A program made the translations under genes and the position numbers. The notes under the pieces were generated by a model that saw nothing but the letters and a program-made list of their open reading frames with translations, had not been told where the DNA came from and ran no database searches. Source: Nitrosopumilus sp. (lineage in GTDB: Archaea; Thermoproteota; Nitrososphaeria; Nitrososphaerales; Nitrosopumilaceae). From it: a DNA stretch of 64,000 nucleotides. The stretch covers positions 1,120,001-1,184,000 of the forward strand of contig OY759726.1 in assembly GCA_963662625.1 (NCBI GenBank), given 5' to 3'. Shown piece after piece: positions 9,952 to 19,529 of this stretch (within the stretch, counting starts at the first letter, position 1; each line of letters begins with the position of its first letter).

Positions 9952-10594
9952 GCATCATTATCTCCGGGCCCGTGGTCATGGATCCAACCACGACGTTGTT
10001 GTTGTTGGCCAAGATCCCCGACGACACGTACGGTATGCCGTTGTTGACCGTGGACTGCTCCACCCTGGTGCCCAGGACCCTCGCAAACGCCTTCATGTCC
10101 TCCGCGTCTGCCTCCGGGTGGATGACCGCCCCCGCGTTGTTCGCTGCCAGGACAGCCCCCGCCTGGTAGAACCCCGCGATCCTCCTCTGGCACACCTCGA
10201 CTCCCAAAACCCGCGACACCGTCTCGCAGTCCTCCCTCGAGAGCCACGGAGACACTATGGCGCCCCTGTCGTTGGCGCTGATCACGTTTCCGAGCGCCGT
10301 GTACCTCGAGTCCAGGACGCCGACGTTGAGCCCCGTCTCGCTCTTCAGGTAGTCGTATTCGTCCAAGTACGCCGTCTTTGGTAGAAGTATGCCGTGGTTG
10401 TTCATCACCGCCAGCGCCCCGATCAGCCTGGTGTTGGCGACCGCGGTGAACAGCGCCTCCGCCCCCAAGTACTCGGCCAGCTTGTCCGCCTTCGACCTGG
10501 CAAACCCCATAGGGAGCAGGACGTAGTCGTCGTTGGCGTTGACGTATATGCCGATGTTTGGTCCCCTGTAGACGTCGTACTTTATGATGTCCAT
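9929..10594 (-). CDS. eif6: Translation initiation factor aIF-6
   Basis: MDIIKYDVYRGPNIGIY, ALGNVISAND, TVNNGIPYV, TTGPE. Confidence 0.93.
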   Translation of the reverse strand: MDIIKYDVYRGPNIGIYVNANDDYVLLPMGFARSKADKLAEYLGAEALFTAVANTRLIGALAVMNNHGILLPKTAYLDEYDYLKSETGLNVGVLDSRYTALGNVISANDRGAIVSPWLSREDCETVSRVLGVEVCQRRIAGFYQAGAVLAANNAGAVIHPEADAEDMKAFARVLGTRVEQSTVNNGIPYVSSGILANNNNVVVGSMTTGPEIMMLTRAFLN

Positions 10595-10686
10595 GGCCTG
10601 TGGGGGTTCCGCAAACGATATGAACGTAAGGGATGGCACATGCGCGCGCGTGCACTCCCGGCACGTGGGGAACGCGGGGAATTTAG

Positions 10687-10701
10687 TCTAGCTTTAAATA
10701 A
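10687..10701 (+). promoter_or_regulatory. BRE/TATA promoter of ferredoxin 1 (TCTAGCTTTAAATAA)
   Basis: Identical 15-mer at the same distance (36 nt) upstream of both ferredoxin ATGs. Confidence 0.8.
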
Positions 10702-11229
<528 letters not shown>

Positions 11230-11285
11230 GCCGGAAGGGGGGCCGAAACCGCGTACCCGGGCGGCGCGTAGCCGCGCCGGATCGT

Positions 11286-11319
11286 TTAGTCGCGACTAAT
11301 TTTATCTAGCTTTAAATAA
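11286..11319 (+). promoter_or_regulatory. 14-bp palindrome TTAGTCGCGACTAA plus BRE/TATA of ferredoxin 2
   Basis: Perfect palindrome 11286-11299; TCTAGCTTTAAATAA at 11305-11319. Confidence 0.72.
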
Positions 11320-11340
11320 TATTCCGATCAATAATGGGTC

Positions 11341-11886
11341 ATGGCAGAACTAGTCATACCAGAGGATTTCTGTGCAGAGAAGGAACCGAAAGGCAAGACT
11401 TCCCACGGCGACGGCGAGAACTTCCATTGGATATGGGGCGACGGCAACTCCGAGGGCGCCGCATTCTCGAACGACGACGTAAAGGCGGCGTACGAGGCGC
11501 GCGGGGAGGAGCAAGTTCCCCTGGGCATCCACGGCACCACAGTCGCGGTCGACTGGGACTCCTGCGTCGCGGCAGGCTCGTGCATGAGCGTGTGCCCCGT
11601 CCAGACGTTCCAGTGGTACAGGACCGAAAAAGACATCCCGGCCAAAGACGCCTTGGGTGAAACCTTCGAGGGCACCGGGCTCACCGAGCAGGACGAGAGG
11701 CTGGACTACACCGACAAGTCCCAGCCGATCCGGGAGCATGATTGCACCGTCTGCATGGCGTGCCAGGAAATCTGTCCTGAGGGCGCGATCAGAATCGAGC
11801 CGTCAAACCAGGAATGGCACGAGAAAGCCGCGGGGACATTCGTAAAGATGCCGTCCGGCTCGGCCAACCCGCACGCACACGATTAA
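11341..11886 (+). CDS. Dicluster ferredoxin, paralog 2
   Basis: CVAAGSCMSVCP and CTVCMACQEICP; tandem paralog of 10723..11229. Confidence 0.92.
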   Translation: MAELVIPEDFCAEKEPKGKTSHGDGENFHWIWGDGNSEGAAFSNDDVKAAYEARGEEQVPLGIHGTTVAVDWDSCVAAGSCMSVCPVQTFQWYRTEKDIPAKDALGETFEGTGLTEQDERLDYTDKSQPIREHDCTVCMACQEICPEGAIRIEPSNQEWHEKAAGTFVKMPSGSANPHAHD

Positions 11887-11895
11887 AGAATTCAA

Positions 11896-11915
11896 TTCTT
11901 TTTTCATTCTTTTTT
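11896..11915 (+). terminator. Oligo-T archaeal terminator
   Basis: TTCTTTTTTCATTCTTTTTT just after the ferredoxin 2 stop in GC-rich DNA. Confidence 0.65.
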
Positions 11916-11957
11916 CCAGTCTCAACAAATTTTAACCGCCGCGTGCCATGGTTCCTT

Positions 11958-12041
11958 GCAGAGGTCGCCTAGCTCGGTAGGGCGCGGGCCTTGAGAGCCT
12001 GTGTGCGCAAGCATACGGGGGTTCAAATCCCTCCCTCTGCG
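11958..12041 (+). tRNA. tRNA-Ser(TGA)
   Basis: GCAGAGG/CCTCTGC acceptor, CGGGC-CTTGAGA-GCCTG anticodon arm, long variable arm, G discriminator. Confidence 0.93.
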
Positions 12042-12106
12042 CTCCATGTCGTTCTGGTACCCCGCACCTGACCTTCCGTTTAAAATGGAGGCGTTCTTAA
12101 GTAATC

Positions 12107-12298
12107 ATGGCACGAGACAGGCAGCTTGACATACACAACACCAAATACAGGATAAATTTGGCGGAAAAGACCATCATGGAAAAGTTTCCCGCGAACGGCA
12201 AAACCGTATGCAGGTTCCTTGAGAGGCTGAGGTTTGAGAACAAGTCGCCTGGCAGAATAGCAAACCATGCCGATCTTCAAAGAGAATCCTTGCAGTAG
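12107..12298 (+). pseudogene. N-terminal remnant of a tyrosine integrase-like gene
   Basis: Just 3' of tRNA-Ser, lower GC; DIHN...N...RFLERLRFENKSPGRIANH resembles archaeal integrase N-termini; stops after 63 codons. Confidence 0.5.
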
Positions 12299-12472
12299 GT
12301 GGCTGTTATGGACAAGCCCAGCATCCAATATCACATTGGCTTGCCCTTGAGTATCAGGATCATGGCCAGGGTTGCGATGGCAATCATCGCTCCGGCATAC
12401 GGCAGCCCCATTCCACAGGGTCAACCATTGGCGATCAACCCAAGCTAAATACGATGATCCCTTGGTTCCTGC

Positions 12473-12684
12473 ATGACGCCCGTCAAGGAACTGCGTGACG
12501 AGATTGCCATGCTGAAGGCCGGGGCCAAGAGGGACGCCGCGGAGAAGGCACGCCTGAAAGGCTGCTGTCCGAGGACTCCGCCACGGCGAACCTCGCGAGG
12601 AGGCTGGCATACTACGAGAACCCGCATGCCCCCCGTCCAGGGATTCCATCCCGACGCGGCAAAGGAAGGCCAAGGCCGGGGCCG
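12473..12684 (+). mobile_element. IS66-family transposase 5' remnant (frameshifted)
   Basis: Coiled-coil ELRDEIAMLKA, then in another frame RLAYYENPHAP-PS (IS66 N-terminal motif). Confidence 0.6.
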
Positions 12685-12783
12685 GCGTCGGCCAGCAGGT
12701 GCAGCCTGGCGAACCCGCGCGTCACCTTCCACTTCTTGCGTATCCACTCGCCGCGGTTGCACTGCTTCAGGCCCGTGGCGCAC
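12685..12783 (-). mobile_element. IS5-family (IS903-group-like) transposase fragment
   Basis: ATGLKQCNRGEWIRKKWKVTRGFARLHLLADA (DxTG..GEW..KW..LH..D signature). Confidence 0.7.
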
Positions 12784-12881
12784 GGCGAGCGTCCCGGTGG
12801 CGCCCGCCTGTCCCTGCAACGGGACGGAGTTTTTTCACGCAGCACCGGACGGCCGGACCAAAGCACCCCCCCTGCCGCGGG

Positions 12882-13286
12882 CTAGATCGTGCCTTGGATG
12901 TTTTCGACCACCTTGAAGATCTTGACCATGTACTGGCCCTCGAAGATGTTGACCGCCTGGCCGTCCACCACGTTCCTTACCCTGAACTTGTACTCGTAGG
13001 AGCCGTCGTCGTCCACCCCCACCTGCGCCACGTGGACGGGAACCCCGTCCTGGTAGAGCAGGATTATCACGGGATGGTTTTCGGCGGGGTTGCTCACGGA
13101 ACCTGCCACGTACCCCCACGGCAGGATGTTGTTCTCGGGCACCTCCATGGTGGTGACGGTTTTTTCCAGGCTCAGCCCCCAGCTGATGGCGGTCGTGGTC
13201 GTCTGCGTGGCCGCGTATGACTGGGGCGCCACTGCCAGCATCCCCAGCGCAAACAGGCCCAATGCCGCAACCGCGAGCATTCTCAT
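12882..13286 (-). CDS. Secreted hypothetical protein
   Basis: Signal peptide, beta-rich (Ig-like) body, host-like codon usage. Confidence 0.75.
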   Translation of the reverse strand: MRMLAVAALGLFALGMLAVAPQSYAATQTTTTAISWGLSLEKTVTTMEVPENNILPWGYVAGSVSNPAENHPVIILLYQDGVPVHVAQVGVDDDGSYEYKFRVRNVVDGQAVNIFEGQYMVKIFKVVENIQGTI

Positions 13287-13480
13287 GCTACAAGCAAGCC
13301 CCGCGCCCGATAAAAGAATTTCTACACTTTTGTCCTGCCCGCGCTACCGGGATTTCGGGCACAGGGATCGCTGCCTACCTTGCGGCCCGCGGGCCCGGGG
13401 AGCCCCCGGGATCGAGCATGCCGGGCCAAAGCGGGCCTTGGCCGCGCCGCGCCGGACGTGGCCGCAGCGGCGCCTGGGAA

Positions 13481-14005
13481 TCACGCAAGTCCCAGGCTTT
13501 CGCCAAAGTAATACCCCGCAAGGATCGTCCCCGCAGACCAGACGCAGGAACCTGCAAAGGTGTACGACACGAACTTCAGGGCCCCCATCTTGAGCAGCCC
13601 GGCGGGAACCGATATCATCTCGCGCATCACGGGCACCATCCTGCCAAAAAACACCGCCTTGTCGCCATGCTTTTCGAACCATGCCTCGACGCGTTCCAGC
13701 TTTTCCTCCGAAAACCTGGCGTACCTGAGGTACCTCAGCAATATGGCCCTGCCAAGCTTCAGCGCGACCAGGTAAATCGCGCTCGTCCCGACAGTGGCCC
13801 CTGCCGCACCCAGGACTATCATCAGCGCCACGTTGTGCAGGGGCAGGCCCTGCTGGGACGCCAGGAACCCCGCAGTGGGGAACACCGCCAGGGTGGGGAT
13901 CGGGGGAAACACGGTCTCAACCAGCGCCGCCAGGAATATCCCCTCGTACAGGTGCCCCGAGATGAACTCGTAAACCCACGACAAAAAAGAGTCCAACTGC
14001 TCCAA
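13481..14005 (-). CDS. DedA family membrane protein
   Basis: ETVFPPIP, WFEKHG, FFGRMVPVMR, SVPAG. Confidence 0.9.
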   Translation of the reverse strand: MEQLDSFLSWVYEFISGHLYEGIFLAALVETVFPPIPTLAVFPTAGFLASQQGLPLHNVALMIVLGAAGATVGTSAIYLVALKLGRAILLRYLRYARFSEEKLERVEAWFEKHGDKAVFFGRMVPVMREMISVPAGLLKMGALKFVSYTFAGSCVWSAGTILAGYYFGESLGLA

Positions 14006-14153
14006 TGACTTGGGGGGCCTGCCCCGTGCTAAATTGCTTTACAAGCTCCGCGCCTGGTGGTGCCCCCGCGCGAGCCTGGCGCAGGAGGCCCACCCGTGCG
14101 AAACCGCGCCCCAATACGTTAAATCTAAATTAATCGGGTGCGCATTGGATCCA

Positions 14154-14522
14154 ATGCCCAGGCATCAGGAATTAGAAAAAGAAAAGTACATCTCGCTTGA
14201 GACGTACAGGAAGAACAGCGACGCGGTCAGGACCCCGGTGTGGTTCGTCCTGCACGACGGCCTCGTCTGCGTGGTGACCAGGGAGGCCACGGGAAAGGTA
14301 AAGCGGCTGAGGAACAACCGGGACGTGAGGGTCGCGGCATGCGGCATGAAAGGGGACGTCACGGGGCAGTGGCTCTCGGGAACCGCCACCCGGCTGCCCG
14401 ACGACGAGTCGAGGCGCGTCCTGGAGCTCCGGGACAAGAAATACGGGTTCATGGCAAAGATTGCAAAGTTTGCAAGCAGGGGAAAGGGAGACTTTGTGGC
14501 CTACTCGATCGCGCTGGAATAG
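14154..14522 (+). CDS. PPOX-class F420-dependent oxidoreductase
   Basis: YISLETYRK, TPVWF, GKVKRLRNN, KKYG. Confidence 0.85.
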   Translation: MPRHQELEKEKYISLETYRKNSDAVRTPVWFVLHDGLVCVVTREATGKVKRLRNNRDVRVAACGMKGDVTGQWLSGTATRLPDDESRRVLELRDKKYGFMAKIAKFASRGKGDFVAYSIALE

Positions 14523-14533
14523 TCCCGGCCCGC

Positions 14534-14716
14534 CTACGAGTACGCGAATGCGCCTACGGACGATTTCTGGCCACTGTACGGGCACGTCTTGCCATCGTCG
14601 CCGCCGTCCTGCCCGTCAGGAGCAGGCACGACAGGCTGCGCAAATGACGAGTCCGCCGCCGGCACGACTGCCATCATCACCAAGAGGGCTGCGACGGCTA
14701 CTATTGCGACCTTCAT
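14534..14716 (-). CDS. Small secreted protein with a KTCP motif
   Basis: Signal peptide MKVAIVAVAALL..., acidic linker, DGKTCPYS; TATA-like TTAAAT upstream. Confidence 0.6.
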   Translation of the reverse strand: MKVAIVAVAALLVMMAVVPAADSSFAQPVVPAPDGQDGGDDGKTCPYSGQKSSVGAFAYS

Positions 14717-14724
14717 GGCTAACA

Positions 14725-14940
14725 CTACCCGCCCGTGAGATTTAAGGTTTTATGCCCGGGGGGGGAGCAGAAGCACGTCTCGGACCACCGCACCTTCCCG
14801 GATCCGGAGATCCTGGCGCGCCTCATCGATTCCAAGATCCCCCCCTCCGGCTCCTGGCCCTCGATCGTCCCGTCAGTCAGCCTCCTGTGCAGTTCGGGCA
14901 GCCTTTCCATGACGGGCCTTGCCCTGACGGGGTAAATCAT
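14725..14940 (-). pseudogene. Probably 3'-truncated hypothetical protein
   Basis: LTDGTIEGQEPEG..SMRRA..WSETCFCSPP looks protein-like, then runs through a G8 tract into the next promoter. Confidence 0.45.
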
Positions 14941-15028
14941 GACCGTGCGCGGGGGCCTGCCGTAATTAACCGTTGCACCGGCGGCAAAAAGCTCAGGTTA
15001 ATAGCCGGACGCGCCACAGGAAGCCCAG

Positions 15029-15445
15029 TTGAGCTACAGGTTTTTGGATCACGCGACCGACGCGTTCATCGAGGTAACTGCCGGGGACCTCAGGGAGGCG
15101 TTCTCCGTGGCGGCCGACGCGGTGGTCGGCCTGACGCTGGATCAGGGAAGGGTGGAAGAGAGGCAGGAGGTGGGGTTTTCGGTGACGGGGAAGGATCTGA
15201 GGTACCTGCTGTTTGGCTGGCTAGAGGAGATCACGTTCGTGCTGATCACCCGCGGCTTTGCCATCCGGAGGACGGAGTTTGACATCGCCGAGGACGGCGG
15301 GTACCGGATCTCCGCGAGGGCGTTCGGCGAGCCGCTCGACCTTGAGAAGCACGGCTTCAAGGTAGAGGTCAAGGCGCCAACGTTCCACGGGATGGAGATC
15401 AGGCAGGGCGACGTGGTGCTCTTGAGGTTCCTGCTCGATCTCTGA
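15029..15445 (+). CDS. Archease
   Basis: YRFLDHATD, EVKAPTFHGM, C-terminal LLDL. Confidence 0.92.
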   Translation: MSYRFLDHATDAFIEVTAGDLREAFSVAADAVVGLTLDQGRVEERQEVGFSVTGKDLRYLLFGWLEEITFVLITRGFAIRRTEFDIAEDGGYRISARAFGEPLDLEKHGFKVEVKAPTFHGMEIRQGDVVLLRFLLDL

Positions 15446-15494
15446 GCCGCGATCCGCGCGGAGGCGGGCCCGCAGGGTGCTGGCCCGGCGCCAT

Positions 15495-15504
15495 TCTATA
15501 TAGT
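15495..15504. promoter_or_regulatory. Candidate phosphate-regulon operator TCTATATAGT upstream of pstS
   Basis: Palindromic core CTATATAG; identical 10-mer at 18476-18485. Confidence 0.5.
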
Positions 15505-15565
15505 ATATGGCGGTTACGAAAACTATGCCAATCATTTCTAAATAACCTCCAAGGGCACTCCAACC

Positions 15566-16828
15566 ATGAAGACGTCGACGTCGCTTCTGGTCTTGCTGGC
15601 TGCGGCCGTGGCGATCGCGACCCCTGTCCAGGCGTTCGCGGCATCAGAGCCAGACGAGCCGGATCCTTCCCGCGACTTTGCAATCAACGGCGCGGGGGCC
15701 ACGTTCCCATACCCGCTGATCGACCTCTGGAGGGTGGAATACAACAAGCTGTACCCCAACGTCAGCCTCAACTACCAGGCCATCGGAAGCGGCGGCGGGG
15801 TGAGCCAGCACGAGAACAACACGGTGAACTTTGCGGCGTCCGACGCCCCGCTGACGCGGTCCGAGATGGAACGCGTGCCTGGCTCGCTGCAGATCCCTGA
15901 ATCGCTAGGCGGCGTGGCCGTGGCATACAACATACCAGAAGTACCGGACAAGGGGCTGAAGATTACCGGGAGCGCGCTGGCCGACATCTACCTCGGGAAG
16001 ATCACGAGATGGAACGACCCACAGATCGCGCAGCCCAACCCGGGGCTGGACCTCCCGGACGCGGAGATAGTGGTGGCCAGCCGGGCCGACGGATCCGGCA
16101 CGACGTTCGTGTTCACGGACTACCTGTCCGCGGTAAGCCAGGAGTGGTTCGACGTAGTGGGCAAGGGCAAGAGCGTACCGTGGCCCACCGGCCTTGGCGG
16201 AAAAGGGAACTTCGGCGTAGCCGAAATAGTCCGGAGCACGCCGTATGCCATAGGCTACGTGGAACTGGCGTACGTGTTCCAGGCAAACATGTCGTATGCC
16301 TACGTCCAGAACGCGGAGGGAACCGCGTTCATCGAGCCGACCCTGGAGACGATCTCGGAGGCGTCGGACGGCGTGGCGTCAAGCCTGCCGGCAGCCGACG
16401 GGGACTGGAGCCAGGTGACGCTGGTAAACGCGCCGGGCCAGAACTCGTACCCGATCGCGAGCTTCACGTACCTGCTCCTGTACGAAGACATGTCGGGGAG
16501 CACGGCGTCAGTCGAGGAGGCAAAGGCATTGGTCCACATGGTATACTGGATGATCACCGACGGCCAGATGCACTCCGAGTCGCTGCTGTACGTCCCGTTG
16601 TCAGACTCGGTGGCGGAGATCGGCAAGCAGGGGCTTGCAAAGGTAAGGTACGGGGATCAGGTGCTGTTCGACTATGACGGGCCGCAGGACGCAGGCCAGC
16701 AGGCCGGCTACGCGATACCCGGCTGGATCAAGGACAACGCCAGGTGGTGGGCAGACGGCCTGATCAGCGACGAGGAATACGTCAACGCGCTGCAGTACCT
16801 TGTGTCTCAGGGCATCCTCAAAATCTGA
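15566..16828 (+). CDS. pstS: Phosphate ABC transporter substrate-binding protein
   Basis: GAGATFPYP, GSGGG, RADGSGTT, YPIASFTY; C-terminal thaumarchaeal IPxWIKxNAxWW domain. Confidence 0.95.
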   Translation: MKTSTSLLVLLAAAVAIATPVQAFAASEPDEPDPSRDFAINGAGATFPYPLIDLWRVEYNKLYPNVSLNYQAIGSGGGVSQHENNTVNFAASDAPLTRSEMERVPGSLQIPESLGGVAVAYNIPEVPDKGLKITGSALADIYLGKITRWNDPQIAQPNPGLDLPDAEIVVASRADGSGTTFVFTDYLSAVSQEWFDVVGKGKSVPWPTGLGGKGNFGVAEIVRSTPYAIGYVELAYVFQANMSYAYVQNAEGTAFIEPTLETISEASDGVASSLPAADGDWSQVTLVNAPGQNSYPIASFTYLLLYEDMSGSTASVEEAKALVHMVYWMITDGQMHSESLLYVPLSDSVAEIGKQGLAKVRYGDQVLFDYDGPQDAGQQAGYAIPGWIKDNARWWADGLISDEEYVNALQYLVSQGILKI

Positions 16829-17060
16829 CTTTCCTTCGTGCCTTTCGTGCCTTGCCGGGCCGGGAGCCCGGGGACTGCCACGCGTCTTTGCGACCCCAGC
16901 ATGCGGCGCCGGACCCCAATCCTGCCTCCCGGGGCGCCTGCAGACGGACGCGTCACGCGCTGGCCGGTAGGGCGCGCCGCCGCCCGCTCGGGGGGGGGGG
17001 CACCGCTCCGGGGGATCCGCGGGACGCCGGGGGCAGTACACGGGCCGGCACGCGTGCGCC

Positions 17061-17409
17061 GCAACGCGGCCGGCCGTGCTTCTGGCCCGGATCCATCCCC
17101 GGCCATGGCGCGTACCGCGGCAAAAAGGCCGTGGCAACGATCGGGGGAAGGGCCGGCCGGAACGCAAGCCCGTCTCCGGCCGCAGCCCCTGCACAAATGA
17201 CACGCACTGCAACGATCGGGAGGGGCCGGCCGGAACGGCGGGACTTGATGCGGTGGAGGCAGGCGAGTCGGTAATAAGCGACGATCGGGAGGGGCTGCCC
17301 GGAACGGCTGGACTCCCTGCACGCTGCGCTTCCGTGACGCCGCAGACATCGCCGCAAAGCCGCCGCTCCGCGGGGAACGGCTGGACTATGGCACGTCACG
17401 CTTCCGTGA
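17061..17409. repeat. Degenerate direct repeats with ~70-75 nt period
   Basis: GCAACGATCGGGAGGGGCCGGCCGGAACG-like units at 17134, 17209, 17278; partial units at 17061 and 17374. Confidence 0.75.
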
Positions 17410-18427
17410 TCACTGTCTGGACGGCCCCGTCCATGACGGCCTCCGCTATGTCGCTCGAGTACTCTGCCGTCCGCCTTATGTCCTCCAGGATCAGCTTCAG
17501 CGTGGCGACGTTGCCGTCCTGCCGCAGCCCGTCCATGAGCTTCTCCTCCCGCTCGATCACCTTGTAGACGTTCGACGCGACGTTCTCTGCCATCAGGTAG
17601 TCGCGTTTTGCGAGCGCCGTCATCGAGCTCTCGAAGATTTCAAGTGACTTGTTGCTTATTGCCTCCATCTCCCTGATGATCCGCCGGTCGACCGGGGCCT
17701 TCAGGTACTTTATCTTCTTTGCGATGAGGGCCCCGTGGTCGGCGATCCTTTCGACGCACTTTACTATGACCCTGTACCCCATGCACTCCGACGGCTTTTC
17801 CAGGCCCGAGTCGATCATGATCGGTATGTTTTCCAGGGCCAGGTTGAGGTTGCGCATCATGTACAGGCTGAACCTGTCGACCTCGTCGTCCATCTTCACC
17901 ACCTCGTCGCCGTAATCCGTGTCCAGCTCCTTCAGCGCGCGTACCGCGTCGCGGTGCATGTTGGTCGCCGTGATGTGCATCCTCCTCAGCACCACGCTGA
18001 ACGGGAGCTGCGAGAGCTGGGTCAGGACCTGCAGGACGATCCGCTCGGAGCTCGCCTCGATGATTTCGGTGCCCATGAGGGTGGTGCGCACCAGGTCACG
18101 GATTATGCCCCTGTGGCTGCTGTGGATCTCCATCCCCCTGGTCTTCACCTCTATGATGTTGTACCCCGCAAGATAGATGGCGATGATCTTCCGCCTTATC
18201 GACTCCTTGGAGTCGCCCTTGGCCACCACCGTGACGGCGCGGACCCTGCCGTCCGCCCCGTCCCGGAACAGCGTTATGGACCTGTTCGGGTTCCTCGTCA
18301 GGGACACGTACGAGCCCGCCTCGAACTCCAGGTCGTCCACCCACCCCTTTGGAAGCGAGACCACGTATGTCGAGCCGCCGACCAGCTGTAGCCTCCTGGT
18401 CTGCGTGCTGTCGTTGATTATTTGCAA
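17396..18427 (-). CDS. phoU: AbrB-PhoU phosphate uptake regulator
   Basis: RRLQLVGGSTYVVSLPKGW (AbrB), DDEVDRF, ERIADH, RRTAEY. Confidence 0.92.
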   Translation of the reverse strand: MQIINDSTQTRRLQLVGGSTYVVSLPKGWVDDLEFEAGSYVSLTRNPNRSITLFRDGADGRVRAVTVVAKGDSKESIRRKIIAIYLAGYNIIEVKTRGMEIHSSHRGIIRDLVRTTLMGTEIIEASSERIVLQVLTQLSQLPFSVVLRRMHITATNMHRDAVRALKELDTDYGDEVVKMDDEVDRFSLYMMRNLNLALENIPIMIDSGLEKPSECMGYRVIVKCVERIADHGALIAKKIKYLKAPVDRRIIREMEAISNKSLEIFESSMTALAKRDYLMAENVASNVYKVIEREEKLMDGLRQDGNVATLKLILEDIRRTAEYSSDIAEAVMDGAVQTVITEA

Positions 18428-18475
18428 CTGTGGTGGTGTTTAGTCGCCATCTGGCTATACCGCTTTAGTGAATAG

Positions 18476-18485
18476 TCTATATAGT
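18476..18485. promoter_or_regulatory. Candidate phosphate-regulon operator TCTATATAGT in the divergent phoU/pstC promoter
   Basis: Same 10-mer as upstream of pstS, within further ATAG/CTAT half-sites. Confidence 0.5.
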
Positions 18486-18557
18486 TACTATATTTGGCTC
18501 ATACCCTACGTAATTTATGTGCAATTTTCAGATAACGTATTTTTCCGTGGACGCCTT

Positions 18558-19529
18558 ATGGAACGGGCCCCCGAGTCACGCATGCGAAAACGGGCGCACG
18601 CGGACAAGATCTTCAGGCTCGGCGCGACGGTGGCGGGAACGTTCGTGCTTGCGATCATCGTCCTGATGGTGTTCGAGCTGACCGTCGGGTCGTACGCCAT
18701 ATGGGACAAGGAGGGGATCGGCTTTGCCACCGGGACCGACTGGAACGCCGTCGAGGGCAGGGAGTCGTTCGGCGCGCTCCCGTACGTGCTCGGCACCCTT
18801 GTCACGGCCGGCCTGGCCATGGCCATCGGGGTCCCGCTGAGCATCGGGATCGCCATGTTCGTCTCCGACGCGCCCCCGAAGATCGGCGGCCCGCTGGGGT
18901 TCCTGGTGGAGCTTTTGGCGGCGGTCCCGAGCGTGATCTACGGCCTCTGGGGGCTGTACGTGTTCAAGGAGCCGTTTGCCGAGTTCATCGAGAAGCCGCT
19001 GCACTCGGCGTTTGGCGACAGCATATTCCTGTTTTCGGGGGTGCCGTTCGGGCTGGACATCTTCACCGCCAGCATAATCCTCGCAATCATGATCATCCCC
19101 ACGGTGTCCGCGGTGGCAAGGGAGATAATGAGGGCGGTTCCCCAGCAGCAAAAGGAGGCGGCGTACATGCTGGGAGCCACGAGGTGGGAGATGTTCAGGC
19201 TCGCGATATTCCCGTACTCCAAGACGGGGCTGATCGGCGCGTCTATCCTGGGGCTAGGGAGGGCCGTCGGGGAGACCATGGCGGTCACCATGCTGATCGG
19301 CAACGCCACGGGCGCAAACGCCATCCCGTCGTCGCTGTTCAAGCCGAGCCAGACCATGTCCAGCATAGTCGCAAACGAGTTCGTCGAGGCGTCCCCGGCA
19401 GGCCTGCACCTTCCCGCCCTGATCGGCGTCGCGCTGATACTCCTGGGGATAGCGGTCTGCATAAACGTGGTGGCGCACGTCCTCGTCACCAGGATGATGA
19501 AGGTCAAGGAGGGGGCGATAAACAATTGA
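18558..19529 (+). CDS. pstC: Phosphate ABC transporter permease
   Basis: ELLAAVPSVIYGLWG, EAAYMLGATRWE, GRAVGETMAV. Confidence 0.94.
   Translation: MERAPESRMRKRAHADKIFRLGATVAGTFVLAIIVLMVFELTVGSYAIWDKEGIGFATGTDWNAVEGRESFGALPYVLGTLVTAGLAMAIGVPLSIGIAMFVSDAPPKIGGPLGFLVELLAAVPSVIYGLWGLYVFKEPFAEFIEKPLHSAFGDSIFLFSGVPFGLDIFTASIILAIMIIPTVSAVAREIMRAVPQQQKEAAYMLGATRWEMFRLAIFPYSKTGLIGASILGLGRAVGETMAVTMLIGNATGANAIPSSLFKPSQTMSSIVANEFVEASPAGLHLPALIGVALILLGIAVCINVVAHVLVTRMMKVKEGAINN

Noticed and set aside
14056-14094. GC-rich hairpin between dedA and the PPOX gene as a possible ncRNA or riboswitch
   Set aside because: No recognisable family motif, and such hairpins arise easily at this GC content
16990-17000. 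G11 homopolymer as a phase-variation switch
   Set aside because: Lies between convergent genes, not in a CDS or promoter
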